Shown: positions 34,930 through 43,872, counted from the first letter of the stretch. The stretch is 50,921 bases of DNA from a virus (IMGVR_UViG_3300031732_000044:1-50921); one strand, 5' to 3'. Program-made: numbers and translations. Notes: generated from the letters alone by a model not told the origin.

Positions 34930-35733
34930 TCAATTAATCGCCTCCTTCAGCATCTTCCCCATTTGATCAGTCACGGTTTCAAGAACGCCTTGTGCCGTAG
35001 CCCGCGGCCACAGAACCCGACCCCTGACCTGCATTCGGATCGGATTATCATACCCATCGACGCGATAGAAATCTTCATCTACGTGTTTGAGCCGGTACTC
35101 CTCTTCTGGACCGTATTTCCGCCCCAGTAAAGCATTTTCAGACATCTTCGCCAGGTACAGGCATACCTGCGCCTCATCTTGGCCCCACCACACAATGTAG
35201 CGTCCCGGCTCACTCACAGTCTGCTGCCGGAGACAAAAGCAAAAGCTACCGTCCTGAATCCAGGGCTCCATTGAGGTACCGCTGACACGACACCAAAACG
35301 CTTCGTCCCGACCTGGGACGCGCCCCACCTCAGACTCGATAAGTCGTTGATCCACAGTGAACGTGTCGTCTGCCTTTCGACCCGGGCCGCCCCCAGCGCG
35401 GGTCAAGGGATGTGTCACTTGCTCGGGCGTAACATCGTCTTCACCTCCTGAATCGTCAAGATCCGGCTTCTCTCCCTCGCGCATTGGTCCTGACTCCGTG
35501 CGTAGCCACTCTTCGCGCACACCTGCGTGGCGGGCAACTTTGATGATTGTGCTCTCCTCTACATCCTGCGTTTTGCCGTTCACGATTCTGTTGACCGCTG
35601 AGCGGCTAATAGACACATCTTCAGCCATTTGAGACTGGTTGCCGTCGTAGAGTTCTCGTAGCACCCTCCCTATACGGGCAGGTATACCTTTCAGCCCCTC
35701 CTCAGGGGGTGTGCTTTGAGCTACAGCATTCAC
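34930..35733 (-). CDS. CI-like repressor (XRE HTH plus S24 peptidase-like domain)
   Basis: NQSQMAEDVSISRSAVNRIVNG...GVREEWLRTESGPM; RAGGG; VSGTSMEP; divergent from the early arm. Confidence 0.88.
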   Translation of the reverse strand: MNAVAQSTPPEEGLKGIPARIGRVLRELYDGNQSQMAEDVSISRSAVNRIVNGKTQDVEESTIIKVARHAGVREEWLRTESGPMREGEKPDLDDSGGEDDVTPEQVTHPLTRAGGGPGRKADDTFTVDQRLIESEVGRVPGRDEAFWCRVSGTSMEPWIQDGSFCFCLRQQTVSEPGRYIVWWGQDEAQVCLYLAKMSENALLGRKYGPEEEYRLKHVDEDFYRVDGYDNPIRMQVRGRVLWPRATAQGVLETVTDQMGKMLKEAIN

Positions 35734-35809
35734 AGCAGCTTTATGTGTTTTGTTGAAACCTGTGGTTTAAGCTACAGTCTAACCCACCGCAACGACGACA
35801 GTCTTTCGT

Positions 35810-36172
35810 ATGACACTCGACAGGATAGCGAGTCAGATGCCGACACGCAAGCGCAAAAAGACCATCCGCTACGAGCCGGACACGCTCGATCAGATTGCCT
35901 ACGTGGCCGAGCGGATGGACACCCGCGAGTCGACGCTCATGCGGCGCCTCCTCACCTCGCACAAGAGCATCGAGACGCTCTACCGCGAGTGGCAGCGCAT
36001 TGAGCGAGAGGTCTCGAAGCTGGGCTCCAAGCCCGAGCGGAAGCTGGAGGAGCGCCATGACGCTTTGATGGACCGTCTCGGGGAACTGTCGGAGGCGGAG
36101 CAGCACCTGCTCGATGAGATCCAGGCAGAGCTCCGCGAGCAAGAGCACGAGGAGGAGGCCGTCCCCGCGTAG
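35810..36172 (+). CDS. Cro-position regulator (possible ribbon-helix-helix plus coiled coil)
   Basis: First gene divergent from the repressor; KKTIRYEPDTLDQIAYVAERMDTRESTLMRRLL. Confidence 0.6.
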   Translation: MTLDRIASQMPTRKRKKTIRYEPDTLDQIAYVAERMDTRESTLMRRLLTSHKSIETLYREWQRIEREVSKLGSKPERKLEERHDALMDRLGELSEAEQHLLDEIQAELREQEHEEEAVPA

Positions 36173-36220
36173 CGCACCGTGTGCACGCGTGCTTCCTCCC
36201 TCCTGTTGCTGAGACCACCT

Positions 36221-36679
36221 ATGGCATTTTCCGACCGCAACCCCATCGACATCTGGCGAGACGCCTACCAGCGCCTCTGGCACGACCTCGAAGATGAAGG
36301 TCGCAGCCCACGGCACGTAATTTCCGGATGGGCGGACATCAAGCCCTCCACCGCAGGGGCGTGGAAGCGGGGCGACTGCACGCCGCGGTGGTCGAAAATC
36401 CTACGCCTCTCGCGGGCGGCCTGCGCGGAGGACTACACGCACCTGTCCACGCTATTTGTGGACGAGACGCACATGATCACCAAGCGGGAACGGGCGGCGA
36501 TCGTCACGGGCACGCTGCACGACAATATCCGCGACCTAGACCGTGTCGAGAGCGCGCTTTGGGAGGTAGATGAGACCGGTGACGTGGACCAAGGCCGACA
36601 AGCGGTCAAGGAGCTGCGGGAAGAGGCTAACGAGCTGGAAGCGGAGCTGGACCGCATGGAGTCGACCAGCACCCAATAG
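36221..36679 (+). CDS. HTH protein in CII-like position
   Basis: VISGWADIKPSTAGAWKRGDCTPRWSKI; ATG 36221. Confidence 0.6.
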   Translation: MAFSDRNPIDIWRDAYQRLWHDLEDEGRSPRHVISGWADIKPSTAGAWKRGDCTPRWSKILRLSRAACAEDYTHLSTLFVDETHMITKRERAAIVTGTLHDNIRDLDRVESALWEVDETGDVDQGRQAVKELREEANELEAELDRMESTSTQ

Positions 36680-36681
36680 AC

Positions 36682-36873
36682 ATGCAAACCCCACCACGTA
36701 CCAAGATTGGACGCCTCACGGCGAGGAAGGCGAAATCTATGCTGCGGATCTGGTATTGGACCGGCAAGCCTCACAGCTTCGGGCGGAAGAAGAGCCAGTG
36801 GCTGGTTGCGGAGTCTTACCGACTCGCCGGCATCAAGCCGATCCCATTCTACATGCGAAGTGAATCTGCATAA
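36682..36873 (+). CDS. Small basic hypothetical protein
   Basis: 63 aa, tightly packed between neighbours. Confidence 0.55.
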   Translation: MQTPPRTKIGRLTARKAKSMLRIWYWTGKPHSFGRKKSQWLVAESYRLAGIKPIPFYMRSESA

Positions 36874-36961
36874 GCGGGCGTAGCTCAGCTGGTAGAGCGC
36901 CACCGACGGACCGACAGGTCCACCACGGTGGAGGCCGAGCGTTCGACTCGTTCCGCCCGCT
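36874..36961 (+). ncRNA. tRNA-like RNA with a non-canonical extended anticodon arm
   Basis: Acceptor GCGGGCG/CGCCCGC, D arm GCTC-AGCTGGTA-GAGC, T arm GAGCG-TTCGACT-CGTTC; anticodon arm CCACCG-AC-GGACC-GACA-GGTCC-ACCA-CGGTGG; no encoded CCA. Confidence 0.85.
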
Positions 36962-37076
36962 CGACACTCACTAGAGATGATCACCGACCAGCGCCCTGGG
37001 GCACGTAGCGTTAGCTACAGAAAGCCCCGCCCGGTCGCCGCCGGACGAGGCGCTTGGTCACAACCAAAGTGACACT

Positions 37077-37475
37077 ATGCCAAATACCGAGCCAAGAAGA
37101 GGTTCCTACACCTTGCGCTTTGCTAAACTCGGCGGACAAATCATCGCTTTCACGCGCATCCGAAAGCATATCGGCGGTGAGGGGCAAGGCAAACACCGCC
37201 GCGTCCGCCTGTTTTCGTCTCGCGATCGCCCAATGGCCGACCTTAAGCCGTCGTCGTTTCAGTCGATGGTAGAGGACGGCCTGATCCGCCGACTTCAGCT
37301 CCCTCACAGCTTGAAGGAATTCGCGGAGGACCTCTCAGACAAGATCGGAGATGTGTACACCCCGCAGGAGGCGCTAAGCATCTTTCAGCAGCGCCTTCAG
37401 GACCACGCCACAACCCTCGAAACCGACATTGCAACGAGCCCGGCGCCGGTCGGGGTGGGCAGTAATCATGGCTGA
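37077..37475 (+). CDS. Hypothetical protein
   Basis: 132 aa in the early operon. Confidence 0.6.
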   Translation: MPNTEPRRGSYTLRFAKLGGQIIAFTRIRKHIGGEGQGKHRRVRLFSSRDRPMADLKPSSFQSMVEDGLIRRLQLPHSLKEFAEDLSDKIGDVYTPQEALSIFQQRLQDHATTLETDIATSPAPVGVGSNHG

Positions 37476-37728
37476 CGTCGGCAAGAGCACACGCGCGGGT
37501 CAGAAGGACCTACCCGACCCTGCCGCCGAAAAACGCGAGTTGCGGCGGATGGTGCAGGCAGTTGAAAAGCGTCGGGATCTCTTTGAGAAACGGCTTCAAG
37601 CCCTAGAAACCCCTGAAGAGACCGTCCTTGAGGGGTTGACCGAGCGAGAGAAGGGACTCAGGTCCGCGTTGCGCTTCTGCCTTAACAAGATCAATAATGC
37701 CCTTGACGGCAGAGGTGATCAATCATGA
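37468..37728 (+). CDS. Hypothetical coiled-coil protein
   Basis: MADVGKSTRAG...ALDGRGDQS. Confidence 0.65.
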   Translation: MADVGKSTRAGQKDLPDPAAEKRELRRMVQAVEKRRDLFEKRLQALETPEETVLEGLTEREKGLRSALRFCLNKINNALDGRGDQS

Positions 37729-37943
37729 ACTGGAAAGTCCCAAAAGATATGGTTGATCAGGAAGAGCGCATCCGCGAGCTAGAGCAGGAGGTGGAGCGGC
37801 TGCGAGAAGCAGCTGAAGATGCCGTGACTCAAATTTTTCTATCGAGTGATGGCCGAACTCTTGACCATCACGACCGCCAAAACCTGCTTGACGCTGGCGA
37901 AAAGCTACAAGACGCCCTCGACCGCGGAGGTGATCAATCATGA
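37725..37943 (+). CDS. Small coiled-coil protein
   Basis: RIRELEQEVERLRE...ALDRGGDQS; ATGA coupled. Confidence 0.7.
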   Translation: MNWKVPKDMVDQEERIRELEQEVERLREAAEDAVTQIFLSSDGRTLDHHDRQNLLDAGEKLQDALDRGGDQS

Positions 37944-38182
37944 CCCCTGGACAACAGAAACGCCGGGAGACCACCGAGGAGATGCAGCGCCGGCAGCAGG
38001 CGAACGAGAAGATTCGGGAGCTGGAGCAGGAGAATGAGCGACTGCGAGAAGGGCTTCAGGAGATTATTGACTTCATCGAAGAGGAGCAGTCAAAGAAGCA
38101 GTTCCCGAAGTATCCTGCGCTTGCCGGATACGCCAAAGGCATAGCACGACGCGCCCTCGACGGCGGAGGTGAAACATCATGA
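37940..38182 (+). CDS. Small coiled-coil protein, paralog of the previous gene
   Basis: KIRELEQENERLRE...ALDGGGETS. Confidence 0.7.
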   Translation: MTPGQQKRRETTEEMQRRQQANEKIRELEQENERLREGLQEIIDFIEEEQSKKQFPKYPALAGYAKGIARRALDGGGETS

Positions 38183-38343
38183 TCCGTCGACTCACCCTCG
38201 GCCACCAGTCTGATATCCGACCCGCCCACCTCCGGCGTAGACTTGAGGCCGCAGAGGTGATCGGCCTCACGTCAAGTCTGGCAGCTAAAGCCTACCTGCA
38301 TGTCACCCTCACCGACACCCTAGAAGACCATGCCTCAAGCTGA
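38179..38343 (+). CDS. Small hypothetical protein (54 aa)
   Basis: Starts at the third junction repeat (GGAGGTGA...ATGA): MIRRLTLGHQSDIRPAHLRRRL... Confidence 0.5.
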   Translation: MIRRLTLGHQSDIRPAHLRRRLEAAEVIGLTSSLAAKAYLHVTLTDTLEDHASS

Positions 38344-38776
38344 ACCCAAAGATCGCCCCGGCGCGGACGTGGCGCCCATCGACCGCCGCACGGCCTACGA
38401 GCCGCGCGATGTGGACTGGACGGGCAAGATCGGCCCGTACGTCTATCGCGCTTGGCGGGTCACCCGCCCGCACCTATCAGACCCCGTGCGGGCGGTCGTG
38501 AGGAAGGATGGCAAGCCCCTTTGCGCCTGCCGCCACGTCGGCCCTGTGACGAGCTCGGTGTACCACGAGCAGCCTAGCCACGAAGCGCTACGCCACTTTT
38601 TGCTCGGCAAGGTCCGGCGCAGGCGCGTCCCGCAGACGGGTAGCATTCCCAGCCACCCCTGTTGGAAAAAACGCCTACAGCGCCGCCGTGAGCGACGTGA
38701 GAAGGAACGACAACGGTACGACGTGAAGACCGAGCGGGCCAATGGGAAAACGCGCAATCGGCTCGTGCGGAACTGA
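38330..38776 (+). CDS. Hypothetical basic protein
   Basis: 148 aa in operon. Confidence 0.6.
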   Translation: MPQAEPKDRPGADVAPIDRRTAYEPRDVDWTGKIGPYVYRAWRVTRPHLSDPVRAVVRKDGKPLCACRHVGPVTSSVYHEQPSHEALRHFLLGKVRRRRVPQTGSIPSHPCWKKRLQRRRERREKERQRYDVKTERANGKTRNRLVRN

Positions 38777-38890
38777 CTGAGCCCTGAAGAGCGGAGAGAG
38801 AGACCGCGAAACGCCTGCGACAATGGTCCCCAGGACGGTGCAGGCGTTGGCATTTACCCATGTTCTCGATCACAGACACTCGCTTACGCC

Positions 38891-39832
38891 ATGAGTGATC
38901 CAACCGAAGCACTGCAAAAGTCCAACGGAACTGGCATCTCCGGGTCGATCCAGATCCAGAGCATCGACGACCTGAGCCGCGTCTCCGCCATGATGGCCAA
39001 GTCCGGTTTTTTCGACGACGCGAAGAGTGCCCATCAGGCCGGCGTGAAGATCATGGCAGGCATGGAGCTGGGCATCCCGCCCGTCGCGTCCGTCCGGGGC
39101 ATCGACATCATCGACGGCAACACCTCTTTGTCCAGCGCCCTAGTCGCGGCGCTCATCAAGCAGCACCCATATTACGACTACAAGGTGAAAGAAGTCACCG
39201 ATAAGCGCTGTGAGATCGCCTTTTACGAGAATGGACAGCTAGTGGGCACAGCGTCCTATTCTTTTGAAGAGGCCGAATCCGTTGTCGCCTGGGAAGACGC
39301 CAACGGGGAACACAGTCTTACCGAAAAAAACAACTGGCAGAACTACCCGTCGGACTGCCTTTTCGCTCGGGCGATTTCTCGGGGGCGCCGCCGCTTCTGC
39401 CCTGACGTCGGCCAGGGGAGGCTCTACACCGCCGAAGAAATGAACGCCAGCGGCGAGCCGCAGGTCGTCGACGCGGAAGTGGTTGATGGTCCTGAAAACG
39501 GCGAGGCTGACCGCGACACAACGGACGCCGATGAGCCGGCCGGCGAGAAGCCCGGCCCCGAAGAGGCCGCTGGCGAAGAGACTGTTGGCAACGACTACGA
39601 CGACCTTCCCTTCGAGGCCCCGAAAGACCCGCCACCCCAAGACGTCAAGCGCTTCCACGCCCTCGGCACCGAGCTCTACGACGACTGGGACGAAAAGCGC
39701 CCCGAGCTGGTCGAGTGGGTGACCGATGGCCGCACCGACTCCTCGAAAGACCTCGACGCCACTGAACTGGACAAGCTCATCCGCGGCATGGAGGACAAGC
39801 TCGGCGACGAAGCCGAGCAGATGATCGGATAG
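38891..39832 (+). CDS. RecT-like single-strand annealing protein
   Basis: VKIMAGMELGIPPVASVRGIDIIDG...NWQNYPSDCLFARAISR..RRFCPDV..RLYTAEEM. Confidence 0.8.
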   Translation: MSDPTEALQKSNGTGISGSIQIQSIDDLSRVSAMMAKSGFFDDAKSAHQAGVKIMAGMELGIPPVASVRGIDIIDGNTSLSSALVAALIKQHPYYDYKVKEVTDKRCEIAFYENGQLVGTASYSFEEAESVVAWEDANGEHSLTEKNNWQNYPSDCLFARAISRGRRRFCPDVGQGRLYTAEEMNASGEPQVVDAEVVDGPENGEADRDTTDADEPAGEKPGPEEAAGEETVGNDYDDLPFEAPKDPPPQDVKRFHALGTELYDDWDEKRPELVEWVTDGRTDSSKDLDATELDKLIRGMEDKLGDEAEQMIG

Positions 39833-39891
39833 CAAAATTATGTCCGCGGACATAATTCTCTCTCTTTCTGACTACTAACCCCCTATCTCCT

Positions 39892-40443
39892 ATGAGCTTT
39901 TCGATGCCAGAATACGACACCGTCGACCCCGACCAACCCAACATTCCCTCGGAGGGATGGCATGACGCGACCGCGATTGCCTTTCAGCCCGATGAGTCAT
40001 CGGGCGGTGACGACATGATGGTCGTCACCTACCGCATCGACAACGGCGACGACAAGGGCCTGGAGATCCGAGACTGGTTTGTCTTCGGCCTCTCGTCGAT
40101 GATCGGCGAGCGCCAGCTGAAGAAAATGTGCGAGTGCGCGGATTTCGCCTGGGAGCAGGCCGATACCCTTCCGGCCTTTGTCGCCCAGTTCCCTGAGTTC
40201 GAGCTCCGCATCGGCCTCAAGGTGGAGTGGGGCTACTCCATCAAGCGAGGCGGCCAGTACGAAGACATCAGCGAGGAGCGCTACCAGGAGCTCAAAGAGC
40301 AGGGCGAAAACCCCAATATCAACACCAACATCGAGGGATACCGCGCGCCAGAGTCCCGCAGTGAGCTCGCCGCATCCACGTCCACCGGCGATGGCGCTCC
40401 CACTGAGGAGACGTTTGAGCCGGACGGAGACGTCCCGTTTTAG
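39892..40443 (+). CDS. DUF669-like single-stranded DNA-binding protein
   Basis: PSEGWH...SSGGDDMMVVTYRI..G...IRDWF; acidic tail ending DVPF. Confidence 0.75.
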   Translation: MSFSMPEYDTVDPDQPNIPSEGWHDATAIAFQPDESSGGDDMMVVTYRIDNGDDKGLEIRDWFVFGLSSMIGERQLKKMCECADFAWEQADTLPAFVAQFPEFELRIGLKVEWGYSIKRGGQYEDISEERYQELKEQGENPNINTNIEGYRAPESRSELAASTSTGDGAPTEETFEPDGDVPF

Positions 40444-40473
40444 AACCCGCTCGTTGATTTTTTGCGCACACAA

Positions 40474-40504
40474 GTCCCTGCCTGAGGCAGTGTCGGGCAG
40501 GGAC
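40474..40504 (+). promoter_or_regulatory. 12-bp hairpin just upstream of the LAGLIDADG start
   Basis: GTCCCTGCCTGA-GGCAGTG-TCGGGCAGGGAC, ending 11 nt before ATG 40516. Confidence 0.65.
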
Positions 40505-40515
40505 ACCCCCCTGTT

Positions 40516-40962
40516 ATGAACTTACCGTCTCACATACCTGAGCACTGGGCCTGCTGGTTCGTCGGCTTCGTTGACGGGGAAGGACACCTTCAAATTCCTC
40601 CAGGCGGCGTTACACCTCGACTGGTAATACACGTCCGGCGTGATGACTGCAAGATCATAGAGGAGATCCACTCTGTCACGAAGGCGGGAAGCGTCTATAA
40701 GGTCTCTAAACAATACGACCGGGATAATGGCAAAGACTCAAGAGACCAGCTTAAATGGAGGGTTCACTCAATAAGCGATCTGACCGACAAGATCCTTCCC
40801 ATCTTTGAGTTTCAGCTACCTCGGAGCAAAAAGTACCGTGAGTATCTGATTTGGAAAGAGGCCATCGAGGTGATGGCATCGATGGACCCATGTCCGAGTC
40901 GGGATCAGAAAATGGAGTCCCTCAAACAACGCTTGCACAGAACCCGCCACTCGCTGACATGA
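40516..40962 (+). CDS. Free-standing single-motif LAGLIDADG homing endonuclease
   Basis: WFVGFVDGEGHL...ILPIFE..LPRSKKYREYLIW. Confidence 0.9.
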   Translation: MNLPSHIPEHWACWFVGFVDGEGHLQIPPGGVTPRLVIHVRRDDCKIIEEIHSVTKAGSVYKVSKQYDRDNGKDSRDQLKWRVHSISDLTDKILPIFEFQLPRSKKYREYLIWKEAIEVMASMDPCPSRDQKMESLKQRLHRTRHSLT

Positions 40963-43796
40963 GCCATACAAAACGAAAGACCTCCCGCCTGGAGGGGCGC
41001 GGCTTTGAGCTGCGCCCCTACCAGGAGGAGGCCCTACAGACATTCGAGAAGCTATACAACAGAGGCGTCAATCGCCAACTGCTCGCCGCGGCGACCGGCA
41101 CGGGGAAAGCACAACCGGTAGATGAGCCAGTTCTCACGCCCAACGGGTTCGTTCCAATGGGTGAAATTGAGCCAGGTGATCAAGTAATATCGCAGGATGG
41201 CTCCCCTACGAAAGTTCAGAGCATTCATCCACAAGGTGAGAAAAAAATCTATCGTGTTGCCTTTTCCGATGGCACGTATACCCGGTGCACTGCAGGCCAC
41301 ATCTGGTCCGTTCAGACTAAATCGCAGAAGCATCGAGGTCACGGATTCAAAAACAAGACGCTCCGAAAACTCACCGGTGATTTGACAGGCGAAAATGGAA
41401 ACCGGAAGTGGTTTCTTCCTCTGGTCGAGCCTGTCCAATTCCCTGACCGACTTTTGAATCTCGACCCGTACGTATTAGGGGCTCTTCTCGGCGACGGTTC
41501 ATTCCGTCATTCCCTGAATTTCCATAGCGGAGACAAGTTTGTTGTGCGAGAGGTTGACCGCCGCCTCGGCCGTCTTGGTGATTTGAAGCATGAGTCTGGC
41601 CCTGATTATCGAATCAACGCTGGTGGTCAAGGACGATCAGGCGGCTCTGACCTCCGGAAAATTCTTACACGTCTCGACCTGATGGGTGCATACTCACACC
41701 AGAAGTTTATTCCAGCTAAATACAAATACTCCCCTGCCGAAGACCGACTCTCGCTTCTCCGGGGTCTAATGGACACAGACGGCACCGTTAGCAAAAGCGG
41801 CACGGGGGTCTTCTCTTCATCTTCGGGACGCCTTGCAGACGACGTAGCTGAGATCGTTCGCTCTCTAGGAGGCACAACCCGAGTCCGAGAAAAACCGACA
41901 TCTCACCGGATGTCATATCGCGTTGGGGTAAACCTTCCAATGAATCCGTTCTCCGTCCCGAGGAAAGCGGCCCCGTTCAAGAAAGACTCGAAGCAAGGCC
42001 GCACAAAGGCAATTGAGTACATTGAGCCAGCCGGGAAGCGGGAAGCTCAGTGTATCAAGGTCACATCGCCAGATGGATTATATGTCACCAGGGGCTATGT
42101 GGTGACACATAACACCGTCGTCGCCGCTCACCTTCCTGAGGCATTTCCCGAACTGTTTCGGCGAGGCATGATGATGGTAGCCCACCGGAAGGAGCTCGTC
42201 TTCCAAGCCGCCGAGACAATGCGGGAAGTGTGGCCCCAGATGCGCGTCGAGATCGAAATGGGTGACCACCGCGCATCTCCACGTGCCGACATCGTCGTCG
42301 GCACGGTTCAGACCATTGCGCATCAGGGAAGCCAGCGCCTGCAGAAGTACGACCGCCACTCTGACATTGGCCTCTTGGTGATCGACGAGGCGCACCACTG
42401 CTCTCCAGGGAGCCAATACTCGGGCCTGTGTGACCACTTTGGAATCGGGCCGGAGGAAGAGTTTACGCTGGAAAACGGCCGTGACCGGATGCTTCTCGGG
42501 ATGACGGCCACGCCGAACCGGCACGACAATGTCGGCCTGCACCACCACTTCGACGAGATTGCCCAAAACTACGACATCCGCTGGGGCATCGAGCAAGGGT
42601 GGCTGGTCGACATCGATGCCCAGCGCATCGAGACCGAAACGGACATCTCCGAGGTCGGCACCGATGGGGATGATTTCAAGGTATCTGAGCTCCAGGAAGC
42701 CGTCGACACGCACGAGCGGAATGAGGTGATCGTCAAGGCGTTCGAGGAGCACGGCGGGAGCCAGGGCCTCGCGTTTACTGCTGGCGTCGACCAGGCCCAC
42801 ACGCTGGCCGATGCGTTCCGGTCGTATGGAATCTCCGCGGCGGCCATCGACGGCTCGACCGAGCAGGTAAAACGGAAAGACATTGTCCGGCAGTACAAGT
42901 CCGGAAGCATTCGCGTCCTTACCAACTGCAACGTCGCCACTGAGGGGTTTGATGTGCCAGGGGCGGATACCCTCCTCATGGCCCGGCCGACCAAGAGCAC
43001 GCCCCTCTACGTGCAGTGCATTGGCAGGGGTACTCGGCCCTGCTTTAACCCAACCGCACCGACGGCCCAGAAGCGCCGAAAAAACATCCGGCAGTCCGAG
43101 AAGCCCTACATGAAGATCCTCGACTTCTGCGACCAGGTCGGCGACCACGACCTGATGACCGCGCCGCAGCTCTTTGGGCTCGACCCCGAGTACGAGACTG
43201 GCTCTGAGACGCTCACAGAGGCGCGTGAGGAGATCGACCGGATGCAGGAGGATCACCCCGGCAAGCCGTTCGAGAAGGCACAGAGCCTAGAGGAGATCGA
43301 CGTGATCGCCGAGCAGGTCTCCGTGTGGGACGTCGCAGAGTCCAGCGTGGAGGAGCTCGGCGACGAGACGGACCTTTTCTGGATGCAGCTCTCCGACGAC
43401 GTCCTGCAGCTGCAGATCCCACACGAGCCGGACGGCTACGACGTGACCCAGGACGTGACGATGCGCCTGGAGCGCGACCGCCTGGGACGCTGGCAGACGA
43501 TCGAGCGCAAAAAACCGGTCTACCGCGACGGCCAGATGGTTCTCAAGCCCTTTGAGCAGGAGGGCAAGCGCTACAGCACGAAGGAGGAGGCCCTGGAGGC
43601 CATGGACCGGTACGTGCGGCGGAAGTACGCTGATGCCATGCCGCTCATCTCGAAGGGGATGGACTGGCAAGACCGCCCGGCGACCAAGGGCCAGCTCAAG
43701 TACCTGCGTCGCCTCGACGTCCATATCCCCGATGGTGAGGACCTCAGCCGCGGCAAGGCCTCGCGGCTCATCAACGCAGCCAAGACCCAGAGTTGA
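40959..43796 (+). CDS. SF2 DEAH helicase (ResIII/RadD-like) containing an intein
   Basis: LRPYQ, ATGTGK|T, IDEAHH, GMTATP, TEGFDVP, QCIGRGTR; C-terminal PATKGQLKYL; ATG 40959 coupled to the LAGLIDADG stop. Confidence 0.95.
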   Translation: MSHTKRKTSRLEGRGFELRPYQEEALQTFEKLYNRGVNRQLLAAATGTGKAQPVDEPVLTPNGFVPMGEIEPGDQVISQDGSPTKVQSIHPQGEKKIYRVAFSDGTYTRCTAGHIWSVQTKSQKHRGHGFKNKTLRKLTGDLTGENGNRKWFLPLVEPVQFPDRLLNLDPYVLGALLGDGSFRHSLNFHSGDKFVVREVDRRLGRLGDLKHESGPDYRINAGGQGRSGGSDLRKILTRLDLMGAYSHQKFIPAKYKYSPAEDRLSLLRGLMDTDGTVSKSGTGVFSSSSGRLADDVAEIVRSLGGTTRVREKPTSHRMSYRVGVNLPMNPFSVPRKAAPFKKDSKQGRTKAIEYIEPAGKREAQCIKVTSPDGLYVTRGYVVTHNTVVAAHLPEAFPELFRRGMMMVAHRKELVFQAAETMREVWPQMRVEIEMGDHRASPRADIVVGTVQTIAHQGSQRLQKYDRHSDIGLLVIDEAHHCSPGSQYSGLCDHFGIGPEEEFTLENGRDRMLLGMTATPNRHDNVGLHHHFDEIAQNYDIRWGIEQGWLVDIDAQRIETETDISEVGTDGDDFKVSELQEAVDTHERNEVIVKAFEEHGGSQGLAFTAGVDQAHTLADAFRSYGISAAAIDGSTEQVKRKDIVRQYKSGSIRVLTNCNVATEGFDVPGADTLLMARPTKSTPLYVQCIGRGTRPCFNPTAPTAQKRRKNIRQSEKPYMKILDFCDQVGDHDLMTAPQLFGLDPEYETGSETLTEAREEIDRMQEDHPGKPFEKAQSLEEIDVIAEQVSVWDVAESSVEELGDETDLFWMQLSDDVLQLQIPHEPDGYDVTQDVTMRLERDRLGRWQTIERKKPVYRDGQMVLKPFEQEGKRYSTKEEALEAMDRYVRRKYADAMPLISKGMDWQDRPATKGQLKYLRRLDVHIPDGEDLSRGKASRLINAAKTQS
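41109..42113 (+). mobile_element. Class 3 intein (335 aa) with LAGLIDADG domain in helicase Walker A
   Basis: GK|AQPVDEPVLTP...YVVTHN|T; Ala1; WCT triplet (GHIW, AQCI, VTHN); LGALLGDG and LRGLMDTDG. Confidence 0.93.
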
Positions 43797-43825
43797 CCCG
43801 CAAAGGTCTCTAACACTATTCGCGT

Positions 43826-43872
43826 GCACCCACACACGCACATACACGCACACAGCCACACGCACCCACACT
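43826..43872. repeat. CA-rich imperfect microsatellite between helicase and primase
   Basis: GCACCCACACACGCACATACACGCACACAGCCACACGCACCCACACT. Confidence 0.8.

Larger units (their letters stand above)
37699..38182 (+). repeat. Three 30-bp gene-junction repeats GCCCTyGACsGCrGAGGTGAwmmATCATGA
   Basis: Copies at 37699-37728, 37914-37943 and 38153-38182. Confidence 0.9.

Noticed and set aside
35734-35809. CI/Cro operators in the divergent gap
   Set aside because: No convincing repeated palindrome found by eye
36874-36961. Canonical or intron-containing tRNA call (e.g. tRNA-Pro CGG)
   Set aside because: No U33 or 7-nt loop and no canonical bulge-helix-bulge; kept as a tRNA-like RNA instead
37699-38182. 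CRISPR or TIGR-like array
   Set aside because: Repeats are over 200 bp apart, lie in coding junctions, and no cas or Nop-domain gene is seen
40444-40962. Group I intron around the LAGLIDADG gene
   Set aside because: Flanking genes look complete and only ~70 nt of non-coding sequence is available, too little for a ribozyme core
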